DNA of 64,000 bases, taken from NCBI GenBank assembly GCA_963722075.1, contig CAVRJM010000001.1:608001-672000 (forward strand). Reading direction: 5' to 3'. Below the pieces are notes generated by a model. It saw nothing but the letters and a program-made list of their open reading frames with translations. It was not told the origin of the DNA and did no database searches. Origin of the DNA: Candidatus Babeliales bacterium (GTDB taxonomy: Bacteria; Babelota; Babeliae; Babelales; JANWKD01). Below are positions 41,288 through 51,086 of the stretch, in pieces. The stretch's first letter is position 1, and each line of letters opens with the position of its first letter. A program made the position numbers and the translations under genes.

Positions 41288-41583
41288 TCATTAAGCTTTT
41301 CAGCTGCAAAGGTTGGTCCAAAGCCTTGCCAATCGCCTTCCAACAAGGTTATTAACAGTTGCCTCTCCTCTTGATCCCACCTATTCGGGCTTGCCTTTCC
41401 TCTATTGCCATGTACTAAGCCAAAGTCATCTAACTGGCAGTATCTTGTATATTTTTCCCTTACCCAGCGCCTGGTAAACCTCAGGCGTTCCGCTGCCTCT
41501 GCCTTTGTCAGCTTTCCTTCTTTAACCTGAGCAAACACTTTTGCCTGTTCTCGTTCTTTCTTATTCATGGTAATATATTCCAT
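41288..41583 (-). pseudogene. ISNCY/IS1202-type transposase, N-terminal HTH part
   Basis: AEAAERL.FTRRWVR, GLVHGNRGK, GFGPTFAAEKL; joins in frame to NELHGIQVSRE. Confidence 0.88.
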
Positions 41584-41699
41584 ATAAGTTCCGGTGTATT
41601 TTTAGGGTTTATTCTTTTTTTCTTCAAGATTAAGTTTACCCTAAAAACCGGAACTTTTTACTTTGCGCTATAAGAGGAATTTATCACTTTGCACTAACA

Positions 41700-42157
41700 T
41701 TTTGTAAATTAATAACACCAATATTTTGACCTGAGTTGTCAATGAAAAAAAAATGTTTATCATCTTTCATAAAATCCGTAATATGAACTCCCGGTAGCTT
41801 AGATATTAATTGCCATGTAGGTTGGGTATTACGATAAAAATAATTCCACAATATCGGTGCATTCTGACATGAATCTGCTTGTTCCAAAATTGATTTAAAA
41901 TAGTCTATATCTTTTTTTGGATCTTTTGTGTCAACCGATTCTTTGATGTGCTGTCCAATTGCAAGCAAACATAATTGATCGAGCCTCAAAGGCGAAAATG
42001 GAATAACCCCTTGAGAATTACCGTTGCAACTTTGATCTGAAATCTCTATTTCCTTCTCTTTTGAACCGGACGGATTCATTGCAAAATTATTAGTTAAAGA
42101 CATGAAAAGTAACAACAAAAGAACAGATCTGCTATTTTTAATAGATTTAATATTCAT
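41700..42157 (-). pseudogene. N-terminal part of the IS-disrupted secreted protein
   Basis: Signal peptide ending NFA-M; ends at VINLQ (TSD) before running into the IS end. Confidence 0.8.
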
Positions 42158-42289
42158 GCATATGCACCCAAAGAAAAATTTTCATATTGGAAATGTTTAA
42201 CTGATATTAAATTAGAACAATAGTGATTTTAATATTAGTTTTATTTATAGTAGCAAAGAATAAATAAATTGAATAGAAATAAGATACCG

Positions 42290-42679
42290 TTAATTAGGTA
42301 AGTATTCAGCAATTAGGTGAGCACAGAGCTTTTTGCCCCATTTCTTTGCCCATGAGCTTTTTAATGCATAAAAATTATCAAGAATTGTTACCGCTGGGGC
42401 GCCAATACATTGCGCAATTTTATAATTCTTCTCGCGTCGCTGTTCTTTCTTTTTCTTTTTTTCACGCGCTTGGGTAACTAATTGAGTAAAATCAGCATAA
42501 TGAGACATTAATGCAGTTATTAGTTTATATAAACATACAGAACCAACCGTGGCCCCGGTAATTAATAACCCATTTTTAACAGTGCAATAACTTTTTACCG
42601 AATTATATTCATGAAAAGAAAACGATGTGTTTATAAGTGTCGTAATAATGACAAGAAAAAATACAATTCTTTTTATCAT
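42290..42679 (-). CDS. Hypothetical secreted/membrane protein
   Basis: GGAGG RBS, signal peptide, one further hydrophobic segment, basic patch. Confidence 0.6.
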   Translation of the reverse strand: MIKRIVFFLVIITTLINTSFSFHEYNSVKSYCTVKNGLLITGATVGSVCLYKLITALMSHYADFTQLVTQAREKKKKKEQRREKNYKIAQCIGAPAVTILDNFYALKSSWAKKWGKKLCAHLIAEYLPN

Positions 42680-42694
42680 ATATCCTCCATAAAA

Positions 42695-42725
42695 TGAAAA
42701 AAGGGCTTTAATAGCCCTTTTTTCA
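42695..42725 (-). terminator. Intrinsic terminator of the ribosomal superoperon
   Basis: TGAAAAAAGGGCT...AGCCCTTTTTTCA overlapping the rplQ stop. Confidence 0.8.
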
Positions 42726-43082
42726 CTTAACCCATTCTAATTTAGCAATAGTTGCCGTATCGCTTACACGCTGTCCAAGCGGGATCAAGCGCGTATAACC
42801 GCCGGGTCTATCAACATATTCAGGAGCTATTTCTTTAAATAGCTTAATCACCGCTGCTTTATCATATGGTAATAATGATTGTACACGGCGATGAGCATTA
42901 AAGTTATGTCCTTTGCGTGCAATAGTCACCACTTTTTCAGCAAGCTTTTTTACTTCCTTAGCATTTGCTTTGGTTGTAACTAATGATCCATACGTAATTA
43001 AATGAATTACTTGATTACGCAACATAGATCTTTTATGAGGAGCTTTAAGATTTAATTTCTTTCGGGCACATTGATGTCTCAT
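42723..43082 (-). CDS. rplQ: 50S ribosomal protein L17
   Basis: MRHQ..KKL, TTKANAKE, RPGGYTR. Confidence 0.95.
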   Translation of the reverse strand: MRHQCARKKLNLKAPHKRSMLRNQVIHLITYGSLVTTKANAKEVKKLAEKVVTIARKGHNFNAHRRVQSLLPYDKAAVIKLFKEIAPEYVDRPGGYTRLIPLGQRVSDTATIAKLEWVK

Positions 43083-43097
43083 TGGTAATTTCCTTTA

Positions 43098-44156
43098 CTA
43101 TTTTTCAGTTTCAGAAACTTCAGTCTTCATAAGCTTTTTTAAATCTGATTCTTTAATGTTCATGCCAAAAGAAAGACCAAAAGCTTTAAGTGCATCTTCA
43201 ACTTCATTGAGTGATTTGCGACCGAAATTTTTAATTTTCAATGCATCATCGATTGATACATTTACTAAATCAATTACACGTTTAATACCCGCATTAACTA
43301 AACAGTTATGTGCACGTACTGAAAGTTCTAGTTCATTAATAGGCTTTAATAACAAATCAACGGGAATACCTTTTAAACTAACACTATCCATTTTGACTGG
43401 CACTGTTTGTTTGACTTCTTCAGGTATAGAAGAAATATCATTAAAAGGAATTTCTTGCGTAAATAAGAAATGCTCTAATTGGGTACGTAACACTGAAACT
43501 GCATAATTTAAAACCTGCGTTGGGGTATCAGAACCATCAGTTTCAATTTTCAAGATAAGTTTATCAAAATCAATATCACGGCCAACACGCGTTTTTTCTA
43601 CATCAAAAGTAACATTACGTACCGGTGAGAACATTGCATCTAAATAAATTCTTCCGTCTTCTTGAATTTGTTTGTCAGCAGGCCATTGTGCCGGTTGGTA
43701 TCCTCTTCCTGATTCCACAAAAAATTCAATATCTAAAGAACCACCTGGTGCCACATGTGCAATAATCTGATCTTTATTAATAATTTCTAAATGACCATCA
43801 GTTTTAATATCAGCACCGCGAAGAATGGTTTCACCATTGGCAGAAACATGCATTCTTCCTGATCTTCCTTCTTTATTGGCAACTACCAATTCTTTAATAT
43901 TAAGGATTACTTGCATGGTATCTTCTAAAACACCCGGTAATGAAGAAAATTCATTATTGACGCCTTTAATTATTACCGATGTCACCGCAGAACCTTCTAT
44001 TCCCCCTAATAAAATTCTTCGTAGGGCATTACCTAAGGTAATACCAAAACCAGGTTCTAATGGTTGCGCAATAAGTTCTCCTGAACTATCGCTTAAAGTT
44101 TCCTTAGTCCACCCCAGTAATGGAATTGTTAAAGGCTTATACTCCTTATTAATCAT
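43098..44156 (-). CDS. rpoA: RNA polymerase alpha subunit
   Basis: PLEPGFGITLGNALRRILL, LELSVRAHNCL, NFGRKSL. Confidence 0.97.
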   Translation of the reverse strand: MINKEYKPLTIPLLGWTKETLSDSSGELIAQPLEPGFGITLGNALRRILLGGIEGSAVTSVIIKGVNNEFSSLPGVLEDTMQVILNIKELVVANKEGRSGRMHVSANGETILRGADIKTDGHLEIINKDQIIAHVAPGGSLDIEFFVESGRGYQPAQWPADKQIQEDGRIYLDAMFSPVRNVTFDVEKTRVGRDIDFDKLILKIETDGSDTPTQVLNYAVSVLRTQLEHFLFTQEIPFNDISSIPEEVKQTVPVKMDSVSLKGIPVDLLLKPINELELSVRAHNCLVNAGIKRVIDLVNVSIDDALKIKNFGRKSLNEVEDALKAFGLSFGMNIKESDLKKLMKTEVSETEK

Positions 44157-44219
44157 ATATTCTCCTGAAAAAACTGTATCCACAAAATTTGGATCATCAA
44201 TGACAAGCTCACGCTTTCA

Positions 44220-44783
44220 TTATTTGGAATATAACTCAACAATTAAATGTTCCTCAATTGGAACCTGAATATCAGAACGAACTGGTAAGCGCAAAACTTT
44301 ACCCTTACGATCTTTTTTATTCAACTCCAACCACTCAGGAACCTTAACACCAATATTAAGCCTTTTATCAATTACTTTTTCTAAAAAACCTGCCTTATTA
44401 GCAACATTTGCTGCTAGTGAAATCTCATCATCAACTGACACAAGAAATGAAGGTGAATAAACCTTATTTCCGTTAACCAAAATATGACCGTGCACAATGA
44501 TTTGTCGTGCTTGAGCACGTGATGTGGCAAGTTTAAGACGATACACTGCATTATCAAGCCTACGCTCTAGTAAACTTAATAACCGTTCACCAGCTGCTTC
44601 CTGACTTTTAGCTGCTATTTTAAAGAATCTTTTAAACTGTTTTTCAAGCACTCCGTAAATGTTTTTTACTTTTTGCTTTTCTTCAAGTTGCTTACCATAT
44701 TCAGAAAGCTTTCTCATCTTTTTAGGAGTGGTTATTTTTTGATCATGAGAACTTGTAGCAGTAGAAGACTTCCTATTATTCAT
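44220..44783 (-). CDS. rpsD: 30S ribosomal protein S4 (short N-terminus)
   Basis: SEYGKQLEEKQK, LERRLDN, ARQIIVHGH, IVELYSK. Confidence 0.95.
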   Translation of the reverse strand: MNNRKSSTATSSHDQKITTPKKMRKLSEYGKQLEEKQKVKNIYGVLEKQFKRFFKIAAKSQEAAGERLLSLLERRLDNAVYRLKLATSRAQARQIIVHGHILVNGNKVYSPSFLVSVDDEISLAANVANKAGFLEKVIDKRLNIGVKVPEWLELNKKDRKGKVLRLPVRSDIQVPIEEHLIVELYSK

Positions 44784-44815
44784 AATATTTTTTATATCCT
44801 ACAAAATAAGTTAAT

Positions 44816-45199
44816 TTATACTCTTCGTTTCTTTGCCGGACGAGGCCCATTATGAGGAAGTGGGGTTACATCGCGCAACACAGAAATATTCAATCCAGAT
44901 GCTTGTAATGCACGGATCACCGCATCTCTACCTGAACCAGGACCCTGTAAATTAACTTCAACTGTTTTCACTCCAATACCAACCATTTCTTTAGCAAGGT
45001 TGGATCCAATTTGTGTTGCAGCAAAAGGAGTTCCTTTACGTGCTCCTTTAAAACCTAAACGACCCGCACTTCCAGTTAAAAGAACGTCGCCACCTTCGGT
45101 AGTAATAGAAACTAAGGTATTATTAAACGTAGACTTTACGTGTGCAATAACAGAATCAACGTGTCTTTTCTGTTTTTTTGTTTTCTTTTTATAAGCCAT
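44816..45199 (-). CDS. rpsK: 30S ribosomal protein S11
   Basis: STFNNT, GFKGARKGTPFAA, DVTPLPHNG. Confidence 0.97.
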   Translation of the reverse strand: MAYKKKTKKQKRHVDSVIAHVKSTFNNTLVSITTEGGDVLLTGSAGRLGFKGARKGTPFAATQIGSNLAKEMVGIGVKTVEVNLQGPGSGRDAVIRALQASGLNISVLRDVTPLPHNGPRPAKKRRV

Positions 45200-45217
45200 T
45201 CATTCCCTTAAATAATA

Positions 45218-45607
45218 TTATTTCTTAGTAACTTTACGTTTTAATGCAACAGCACCACCTGCTTTACGCGGACCTTTACGAGTACGTGCGTTAGTTTTGG
45301 TTCGCTGTCCACGTACTGGCAACCCCTTTTTATGTCTCAATCCACGATACGCACCAATATCTTGCAAACGTTTAATATTATTTCTAATATCTTTTCGTAG
45401 TTCGCCTTCAACAACATAATTTGTTGAAATTTCTTTTTGGATAGCGGCAACTTCTTCATCGGAAAGATTTCTTACCCGTTTGTCAAAATCTATTTTTAAT
45501 TTTAATAAAATATCTTGAGCAGCCTTTAAACCGATACCAAATATGTACGGTAAAGCGTATTCAATTCTTTTATTGCTTGGAAGAGTTACACCTTCTATTC
45601 TTGCCAT
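45218..45607 (-). CDS. rpsM: 30S ribosomal protein S13
   Basis: [27 protein letters not shown]. Confidence 0.97.
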   Translation of the reverse strand: MARIEGVTLPSNKRIEYALPYIFGIGLKAAQDILLKLKIDFDKRVRNLSDEEVAAIQKEISTNYVVEGELRKDIRNNIKRLQDIGAYRGLRHKKGLPVRGQRTKTNARTRKGPRKAGGAVALKRKVTKK

Positions 45608-45631
45608 AACATTCCTCTAATTAAATCCTTA

Positions 45632-45748
45632 TCAACCTTGGCGTTGTTTATGTCTTAAATTTCTATCACAAATAATGCGAACTACACCAGCACGTTTAAC
45701 TATACGACAATTTTCACATATTTTTTTTACCGATGTTCTTACTTTCAT
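45632..45748 (-). CDS. rpmJ: 50S ribosomal protein L36 (Zn-binding type)
   Basis: Manually translated [38 protein letters not shown]; below ORF-track cutoff. Confidence 0.95.
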   Translation of the reverse strand: MKVRTSVKKICENCRIVKRAGVVRIICDRNLRHKQRQG

Positions 45749-45776
45749 GATCCATTTCCTTACTTAATCATTTTTT

Positions 45777-46004
45777 TTAATTTTTATACCGTAAAACAAT
45801 TCTTCCACGTGTTAAATCATACGGAGATAATTCAATAGCAACCTTATCACCGGGTAAAATTCGTATATAATTCATACGCATTTTACCTGAAACATGCCCT
45901 AAAATAACATGCCCCCCCTCAATTTCAACACGAAACATAGCATTTGGTAATGTTTCTTTAACAATACCATCAACTCTTATAACGTCTTCTTTTTTCTTAC
46001 TCAT
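45777..46004 (-). CDS. infA: Translation initiation factor IF-1
   Basis: [23 protein letters not shown]. Confidence 0.97.
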   Translation of the reverse strand: MSKKKEDVIRVDGIVKETLPNAMFRVEIEGGHVILGHVSGKMRMNYIRILPGDKVAIELSPYDLTRGRIVLRYKN

Positions 46005-46774
46005 CGTATCATACCTTGTTGATCTAACCGTGTTAAAATATATGGTTCAGCCTCGGTAATCACTACCGTATCTTCAATATGAGCAGCTAAACTTTTATCT
46101 TCAGTCTTAACCGTCCAATGGTCATTCATAACAAACACCTTATACGACCCCATCGTGGTCATTGGCTCAAGGGCAAAAGCCATACCAGGTTTTAATAATG
46201 GACCTTGTCCCGGTTTACCATAATTTAAAATTTCAGGATCTTCATGCATTTTTTTACCAATACCATGACCAGCAAAATCACGTACCACACCATACCCTTC
46301 TTTTTCAACTTCTTGTTGTATAGCAGCCGATATATCCGAAAGACGGTTACCCGCACGCGCTTGCTCGATGCCCTTATTTAAAGCCTTTTGGGTGGTATCG
46401 ATAAATTTTTTAACCGCGTCAGGCATCTTACCAACATAAAAACAACGGGCTAAATCTGCGCAATATCCTTTCCATGAAGCACACACATCAATTTTTACTA
46501 AATCACCTTCAGCAATAATCTTTGATTTAGCAGGAACGCCATGCACCACTTCATCATTAATTGAAATACAACTTACATGGTGATAGCTTCCTAGGTATCC
46601 TTTCATTTGGGATACCAAGCCCTTATTTTTTATTTCTGTTTCAATCCATGAATCTATTGCAAGTGTAGATATACCCGGCTCAATTAACGATGGTACATGT
46701 GCCAAAATATCTGCTAGCAATTGCCCTGCTGTATACATTTTTTCTATGCCAGATTTATCTTTAATAGTAATCAT
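46001..46774 (-). CDS. map: Methionine aminopeptidase
   Basis: [28 protein letters not shown]. Confidence 0.96.
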   Translation of the reverse strand: MITIKDKSGIEKMYTAGQLLADILAHVPSLIEPGISTLAIDSWIETEIKNKGLVSQMKGYLGSYHHVSCISINDEVVHGVPAKSKIIAEGDLVKIDVCASWKGYCADLARCFYVGKMPDAVKKFIDTTQKALNKGIEQARAGNRLSDISAAIQQEVEKEGYGVVRDFAGHGIGKKMHEDPEILNYGKPGQGPLLKPGMAFALEPMTTMGSYKVFVMNDHWTVKTEDKSLAAHIEDTVVITEAEPYILTRLDQQGMIR

Positions 46775-46782
46775 AACGCTTA

Positions 46783-47463
46783 TTAATTTTTATCAAGCAA
46801 CGCTTGAAATTCCTCAAATACTTTATTTAGCGGCTGTTCAACATTCACTTGATTTATAATAAATCCATTTTTACTATAAAAATCGAGCAAGTTCTTTTCA
46901 TGCATATGATACGTTTGCAACCTGTTTTGTACAGCCCCCATTGCGTCATCACTTCTTCTTACTAATTCATTTAGGCAGTTATCACACGTCATCGCCTGGC
47001 GCGGATATAATGACTGACACACTTCAGAATATACCATTTGGCAATCATTATTTTTACAAATCAACCGTCCAGCAATTCTTTCTTTAACGGTGCTATCTGA
47101 TATGTACAACTTGATTATATTCAATTTGTAAATTTCTTTTTTCAATAAAAATTGATGCAGCGCCTCAGCTTGTGTAACCGTTCGAGGAAATCCATCCAAA
47201 ATTATGTTACTAAATAGCTGATCATGAGTAATAAGCCACTCATGTACCATATCAATAATCAGTTCATCAGCTATAAGTTTACCAGATTTTATAGCAAAAT
47301 CTATTTTTTTACCTATATCAGTCTGCTCATTAATATGCTTTCTGCATAAAACACCAGTAGATAATTGGTGCCAACCAGCCTTTTTTTTACAATGCTGCGA
47401 TAAGGAACCCTTGCCTGCACCAGGGGGACCTATAAAAATATAAACATTCTTAACCGACTTCAC
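46783..47463 (-). CDS. adk: Adenylate kinase (Zn-binding LID)
   Basis: GPPGAGKG, LDGFPRT, Cys pairs in LID, RSDD. Confidence 0.95.
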   Translation of the reverse strand: MKSVKNVYIFIGPPGAGKGSLSQHCKKKAGWHQLSTGVLCRKHINEQTDIGKKIDFAIKSGKLIADELIIDMVHEWLITHDQLFSNIILDGFPRTVTQAEALHQFLLKKEIYKLNIIKLYISDSTVKERIAGRLICKNNDCQMVYSEVCQSLYPRQAMTCDNCLNELVRRSDDAMGAVQNRLQTYHMHEKNLLDFYSKNGFIINQVNVEQPLNKVFEEFQALLDKN

Positions 47464-48773
47464 CGCAATGCCCTGCTTTTTAATCTACCAGATGACAAAA
47501 ACCCTTCATAACGGTGCTCAATTAGATACGATTCTATTTGTGCAGACGTTTCAAGTGCTACACCCACTACAATTAAGAGTGATGTACCACTTAAATAGAA
47601 TGGCATTCTAAAAAAGGCATTTAAAATATTTGGTGCTAACGATAAAAATGCTAAATATAAAGCACCAACTAACCCTATTCGAGTTAATATATAATTAAAG
47701 AAAACGGCTGTTTTTTTACCTGGTCTGATCCCCGGAATAAATCCGCCGCTTTTTTTGATATTTTCAGCAAGTTCATCAGGGTTAAATACTAATGCTGTAT
47801 AAAAAAATGAAAAGAAAATAATGAGAACAAAATCTAATGCGTTAAATAAAAAGCCCGTTTGGGTAAACCAATCAGCAAATTTTCTAAAAAATTCAAATCG
47901 TTGAGACAAAATCCCTGAAATGAATAAAGGTATTTGCAGTACTGATGAGGCAAAAATAACCGGCATAACCCCTGCCGTATTAATCTTAAATGGTATATAC
48001 GTACTTTGGCCCCCGTATATACGCTGACCCACTACACGACGTGCATATTGGACTGGAATTTTACGTTCACCTTTTTCCAAGAACACAATACATGCAGAAA
48101 TTGCGATAAAAATAAGTAAGATTAGAATTGCTTGCCATATCTCAAAACTGCCAGTATCTATAAGCGCTTTTGTTTTAATGATATAAATTGGAAACTTCGC
48201 TACAATACCAGAGAAAATAAGCATCGAGCTACCATTGCCAATACCAAAGAGAGAAATTTGCTCTCCCAGCCACATTACAAATAGAGCACCTACCGTCAGT
48301 GAAAGAATAAATAACATTCTAAAACCCCAGCCTGGTGTTAATACAAGCCCCTGGTGTTCTAAATAAGCAGCCATCCCAGAGCTGTACATAATACTCAGAC
48401 CAACGGTTAAATAGCGGGTATATTGGTTGATGATTTTTCTACCATATTCACCCTCTTTCACTAATTGCTCTAAATAGGGAATGGACATACCCAAAATCTG
48501 CATCATAATCGATGCGGTAATGTAGGGCCCAATCCCTAAAGCAAAAAGAGTAGCTGAAGCAAGAGCACCCCCAGAAAAAATATCAAGATAACCAAGTAAA
48601 CCCCCCAAACTTGTTGCCCGCTTCATATGTTCAGCAAGTAACGGAAGATTTACCCCAATTACTGGAATAAAAGTTCCCAATCGAGAAACTATTAAAACAC
48701 CTAAAGTAAAAAATAGTTTTTTTCTTAATTCAGGAATTAAGAAAATATTTCTGAAATTTTTTAGGAGTACCAC
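47460..48773 (-). CDS. secY: Preprotein translocase SecY
   Basis: LGIGPYITASI, GIGNG, PVIFAS, FIPGIRPG, GTSLLIVVGV. Confidence 0.97.
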   Translation of the reverse strand: MVLLKNFRNIFLIPELRKKLFFTLGVLIVSRLGTFIPVIGVNLPLLAEHMKRATSLGGLLGYLDIFSGGALASATLFALGIGPYITASIMMQILGMSIPYLEQLVKEGEYGRKIINQYTRYLTVGLSIMYSSGMAAYLEHQGLVLTPGWGFRMLFILSLTVGALFVMWLGEQISLFGIGNGSSMLIFSGIVAKFPIYIIKTKALIDTGSFEIWQAILILLIFIAISACIVFLEKGERKIPVQYARRVVGQRIYGGQSTYIPFKINTAGVMPVIFASSVLQIPLFISGILSQRFEFFRKFADWFTQTGFLFNALDFVLIIFFSFFYTALVFNPDELAENIKKSGGFIPGIRPGKKTAVFFNYILTRIGLVGALYLAFLSLAPNILNAFFRMPFYLSGTSLLIVVGVALETSAQIESYLIEHRYEGFLSSGRLKSRALR

Positions 48774-48777
48774 TACT

Positions 48778-49236
48778 TTAACTTTCCTTAATTAAATGAA
48801 CTTCTCCACCAACACGCTTAATTTTTTCGATGGCACTTTTACTAAAAGCATCACCATAAATCGTAAATTTTTTTGATAAGGTTCCATCGCCTAAGATCTT
48901 GATCAATGGATTTTTTTTCATCCCTTTACAAAAACCACTTGTCACTAATAAATCTTTAGTAATCTGTGTTCCATCATTAAAAACACGTTCCAAATCACTC
49001 AGGTTAATAATGATAAATTCAGTAGCAAATTGTTTATTATTAAAGCCACGTTTTGGAATACGACGCGCTAACGGTATTTGACCACCTTCAAAGCCAGCAC
49101 GGACTTTAGAAGCACCGCCAGTTCGCGCTAATTGACCTTTATGACCACGACCAGCTGTTCCACCGCGAGCACCACCACGACCAATTCGTTTTCTTTTTTT
49201 TACAATAGGGGTTAAATTACTAAGCAGCTGAGACAT
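48778..49236 (-). CDS. rplO: 50S ribosomal protein L15
   Basis: GRGHKGQ, FEGGQIPL.RRIPKRGF. Confidence 0.96.
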   Translation of the reverse strand: MSQLLSNLTPIVKKRKRIGRGGARGGTAGRGHKGQLARTGGASKVRAGFEGGQIPLARRIPKRGFNNKQFATEFIIINLSDLERVFNDGTQITKDLLVTSGFCKGMKKNPLIKILGDGTLSKKFTIYGDAFSKSAIEKIKRVGGEVHLIKES

Positions 49237-49735
49237 GACTTCCCTTTATAATTTCACTAATTGTTTTACCTCTAAATCTTGCTACATCTTGCACAGTTCT
49301 TAATTTGGCAAGTGCATTCAAGGTTGCTTTTACCACGTTAATTTGATTAGAAGAACCAAGTGATTTAGCAAGTACATCTTTAATACCAAGTACTTCCATA
49401 ATAGAGCGCACCGGTCCTCCAGCAATAACACCGGTTCCCTTATAAGCGGAACGAATAATAACATGACTGGATCCATGGCTCCCTTTTACGTTATACGGTA
49501 TCGTTGTTTCACGTAAGGGCACCGCTATCATATTTTTACGTGCTCTAACTGTCGCTTTTGCAATAGCGGAAGAAACTTCTTTACTTTTTCCTACAGCAAT
49601 ACCAATTTTTCCTTTTTGATCGCCTGAAATTACAAACGCAGAAAATGAAAACCGTTTACCGCCTTTGGTAACTTTAGTTACACGACGAACACTAATTACT
49701 GCATCAATAAAATCTTTTTCTCTGGTTTCAGCCAT
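49220..49735 (-). CDS. rpsE: 30S ribosomal protein S5
   Basis: RVTKVTKGGKRFSF, GTGVIAGG. Confidence 0.96.
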   Translation of the reverse strand: MAETREKDFIDAVISVRRVTKVTKGGKRFSFSAFVISGDQKGKIGIAVGKSKEVSSAIAKATVRARKNMIAVPLRETTIPYNVKGSHGSSHVIIRSAYKGTGVIAGGPVRSIMEVLGIKDVLAKSLGSSNQINVVKATLNALAKLRTVQDVARFRGKTISEIIKGSHVSAA

Positions 49736-49753
49736 TTTTTCCTAACATATTTA

Positions 49754-50110
49754 TTAAACTTGTAATCCACCTTCACGTAAGCCATCAGCTAAGCTCTTTA
49801 CTCTTCCATGATAGAGATATCTACCACGATCGAATAATACGGCATTTATTCCTTGAGCTAATGCTCTTTTTGCAAGCTCTTGCCCTACCGCTTTAGCAAC
49901 TGCTGATTTATCACCAGATAGATTTTTTAACTCTAATGAAGAACAACTTAACAAGGTTTTATGTTGTTTATCATCAATAATTTGCGCGTATATATAATTT
50001 AAACTTCTCTGAACCGCAATTCTATATAAACCACTTGGATTTTTTAGTAAAGAACGAACTCTCAGTTGGCGTCGTTGCTTTTGTTTTTTTATCTTTGTTT
50101 TTAATGACAT
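49754..50110 (-). CDS. rplR: 50S ribosomal protein L18
   Basis: IYAQIIDD, FDRGRYLYHGRVK. Confidence 0.96.
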   Translation of the reverse strand: MSLKTKIKKQKQRRQLRVRSLLKNPSGLYRIAVQRSLNYIYAQIIDDKQHKTLLSCSSLELKNLSGDKSAVAKAVGQELAKRALAQGINAVLFDRGRYLYHGRVKSLADGLREGGLQV

Positions 50111-50126
50111 AGTTTATTCTCACCTA

Positions 50127-50666
50127 TTAAGCAGATTTTGTTTTACCAGCTTTACGAAGGATTACTTCTTTTTCTAATCTAATACCGGTACCTTTATATG
50201 GCTCAGGTGGTCTCAACTGTCTAATCTTACTCGCATAATAACCAACTAACTCTTTATTGGTTCCCTTAACCGTTACTTGTTGACCAGTTTTATCAACTTC
50301 AACCGTAATATGGGCTGGTATAGGAAGTTCAATCTCGTGACTGTACCCTAATTTTAATACCATTTTAGGTCCTGAAACATTCGCTTTAAAACCTAACCCA
50401 TTTATAATTACTTTTTGCTCAAAGCCGTCAGATATTCCTTTAATGCTATTAGCAAGAAGTGCACGATGCAATCCCCAAAGTATATTTGATTGCTCATTTT
50501 TTTCCGCACATATTACTTTAAGTTTTTGATCCGCAACCTCTGCTTTTAAAACAGCAGGTAATACGTGGGTTAAGGTGCCTTTTTTCCCTTTAAGATGTAA
50601 TTCTTGACCTTTGACTTCAACAGTAACGCTGTTAAGTTCAATCGGCTTTCTTCCAATTTTTGACAT
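50127..50666 (-). CDS. rplF: 50S ribosomal protein L6
   Basis: MSKIGRKPI, LGYSH, PPEPYKGTGI. Confidence 0.96.
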   Translation of the reverse strand: MSKIGRKPIELNSVTVEVKGQELHLKGKKGTLTHVLPAVLKAEVADQKLKVICAEKNEQSNILWGLHRALLANSIKGISDGFEQKVIINGLGFKANVSGPKMVLKLGYSHEIELPIPAHITVEVDKTGQQVTVKGTNKELVGYYASKIRQLRPPEPYKGTGIRLEKEVILRKAGKTKSA

Positions 50667-50676
50667 AGCTATACCT

Positions 50677-51069
50677 TTACCAGACTGAGCAAATTATTTC
50701 TCCGCCCACTGACAACTGCTTAGCCTTTTTATCGGTCATAATACCTTTATTAGTGGTCAGAATAGATATTCCTAATTTTCCAATGATATGCTTTAAGTTA
50801 TCAGTCTTTCCATACATGCGTCTTCCTGGTCTACTTACTCTTGTAAGTTCATGTATAACCGATTCACCTTCAACATATTTTAGAGCAATTTGGATCTTTT
50901 TTTTCGAATTTTCTTCAATAATCGAATAATCTCGAATAAATCCTTCTTCCTTCAAAATTTTCACTATTTCTACTTTAATATTGGAATAAGGAGTTTCTAC
51001 GGTTCGCTTAGAAGCCATCAATCCATTACGGATAACGGTTAAAAAATCCCCAAGAGCATCAATTGACAT
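50677..51069 (-). CDS. rpsH: 30S ribosomal protein S8
   Basis: DFLTVIRN, LKEEGFI, SRPGRR, GGEII. Confidence 0.96.
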   Translation of the reverse strand: MSIDALGDFLTVIRNGLMASKRTVETPYSNIKVEIVKILKEEGFIRDYSIIEENSKKKIQIALKYVEGESVIHELTRVSRPGRRMYGKTDNLKHIIGKLGISILTTNKGIMTDKKAKQLSVGGEIICSVW

Positions 51070-51086
51070 TATTTCCTTCCTGCAAA

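Larger units (their letters stand above)
39105..41699 (-). mobile_element. IS1202/ISNCY-like insertion sequence (~1451 bp without the nested IS), interrupted
   Basis: TGT...ACA ends with ~50-bp imperfect IRs, each holding two GCAAAGTAAAAAGTTCC-like repeats; 17-bp direct repeat TTTTGTAAATTAATAAC at 39088-39104 and 41700-41716. Confidence 0.9.
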
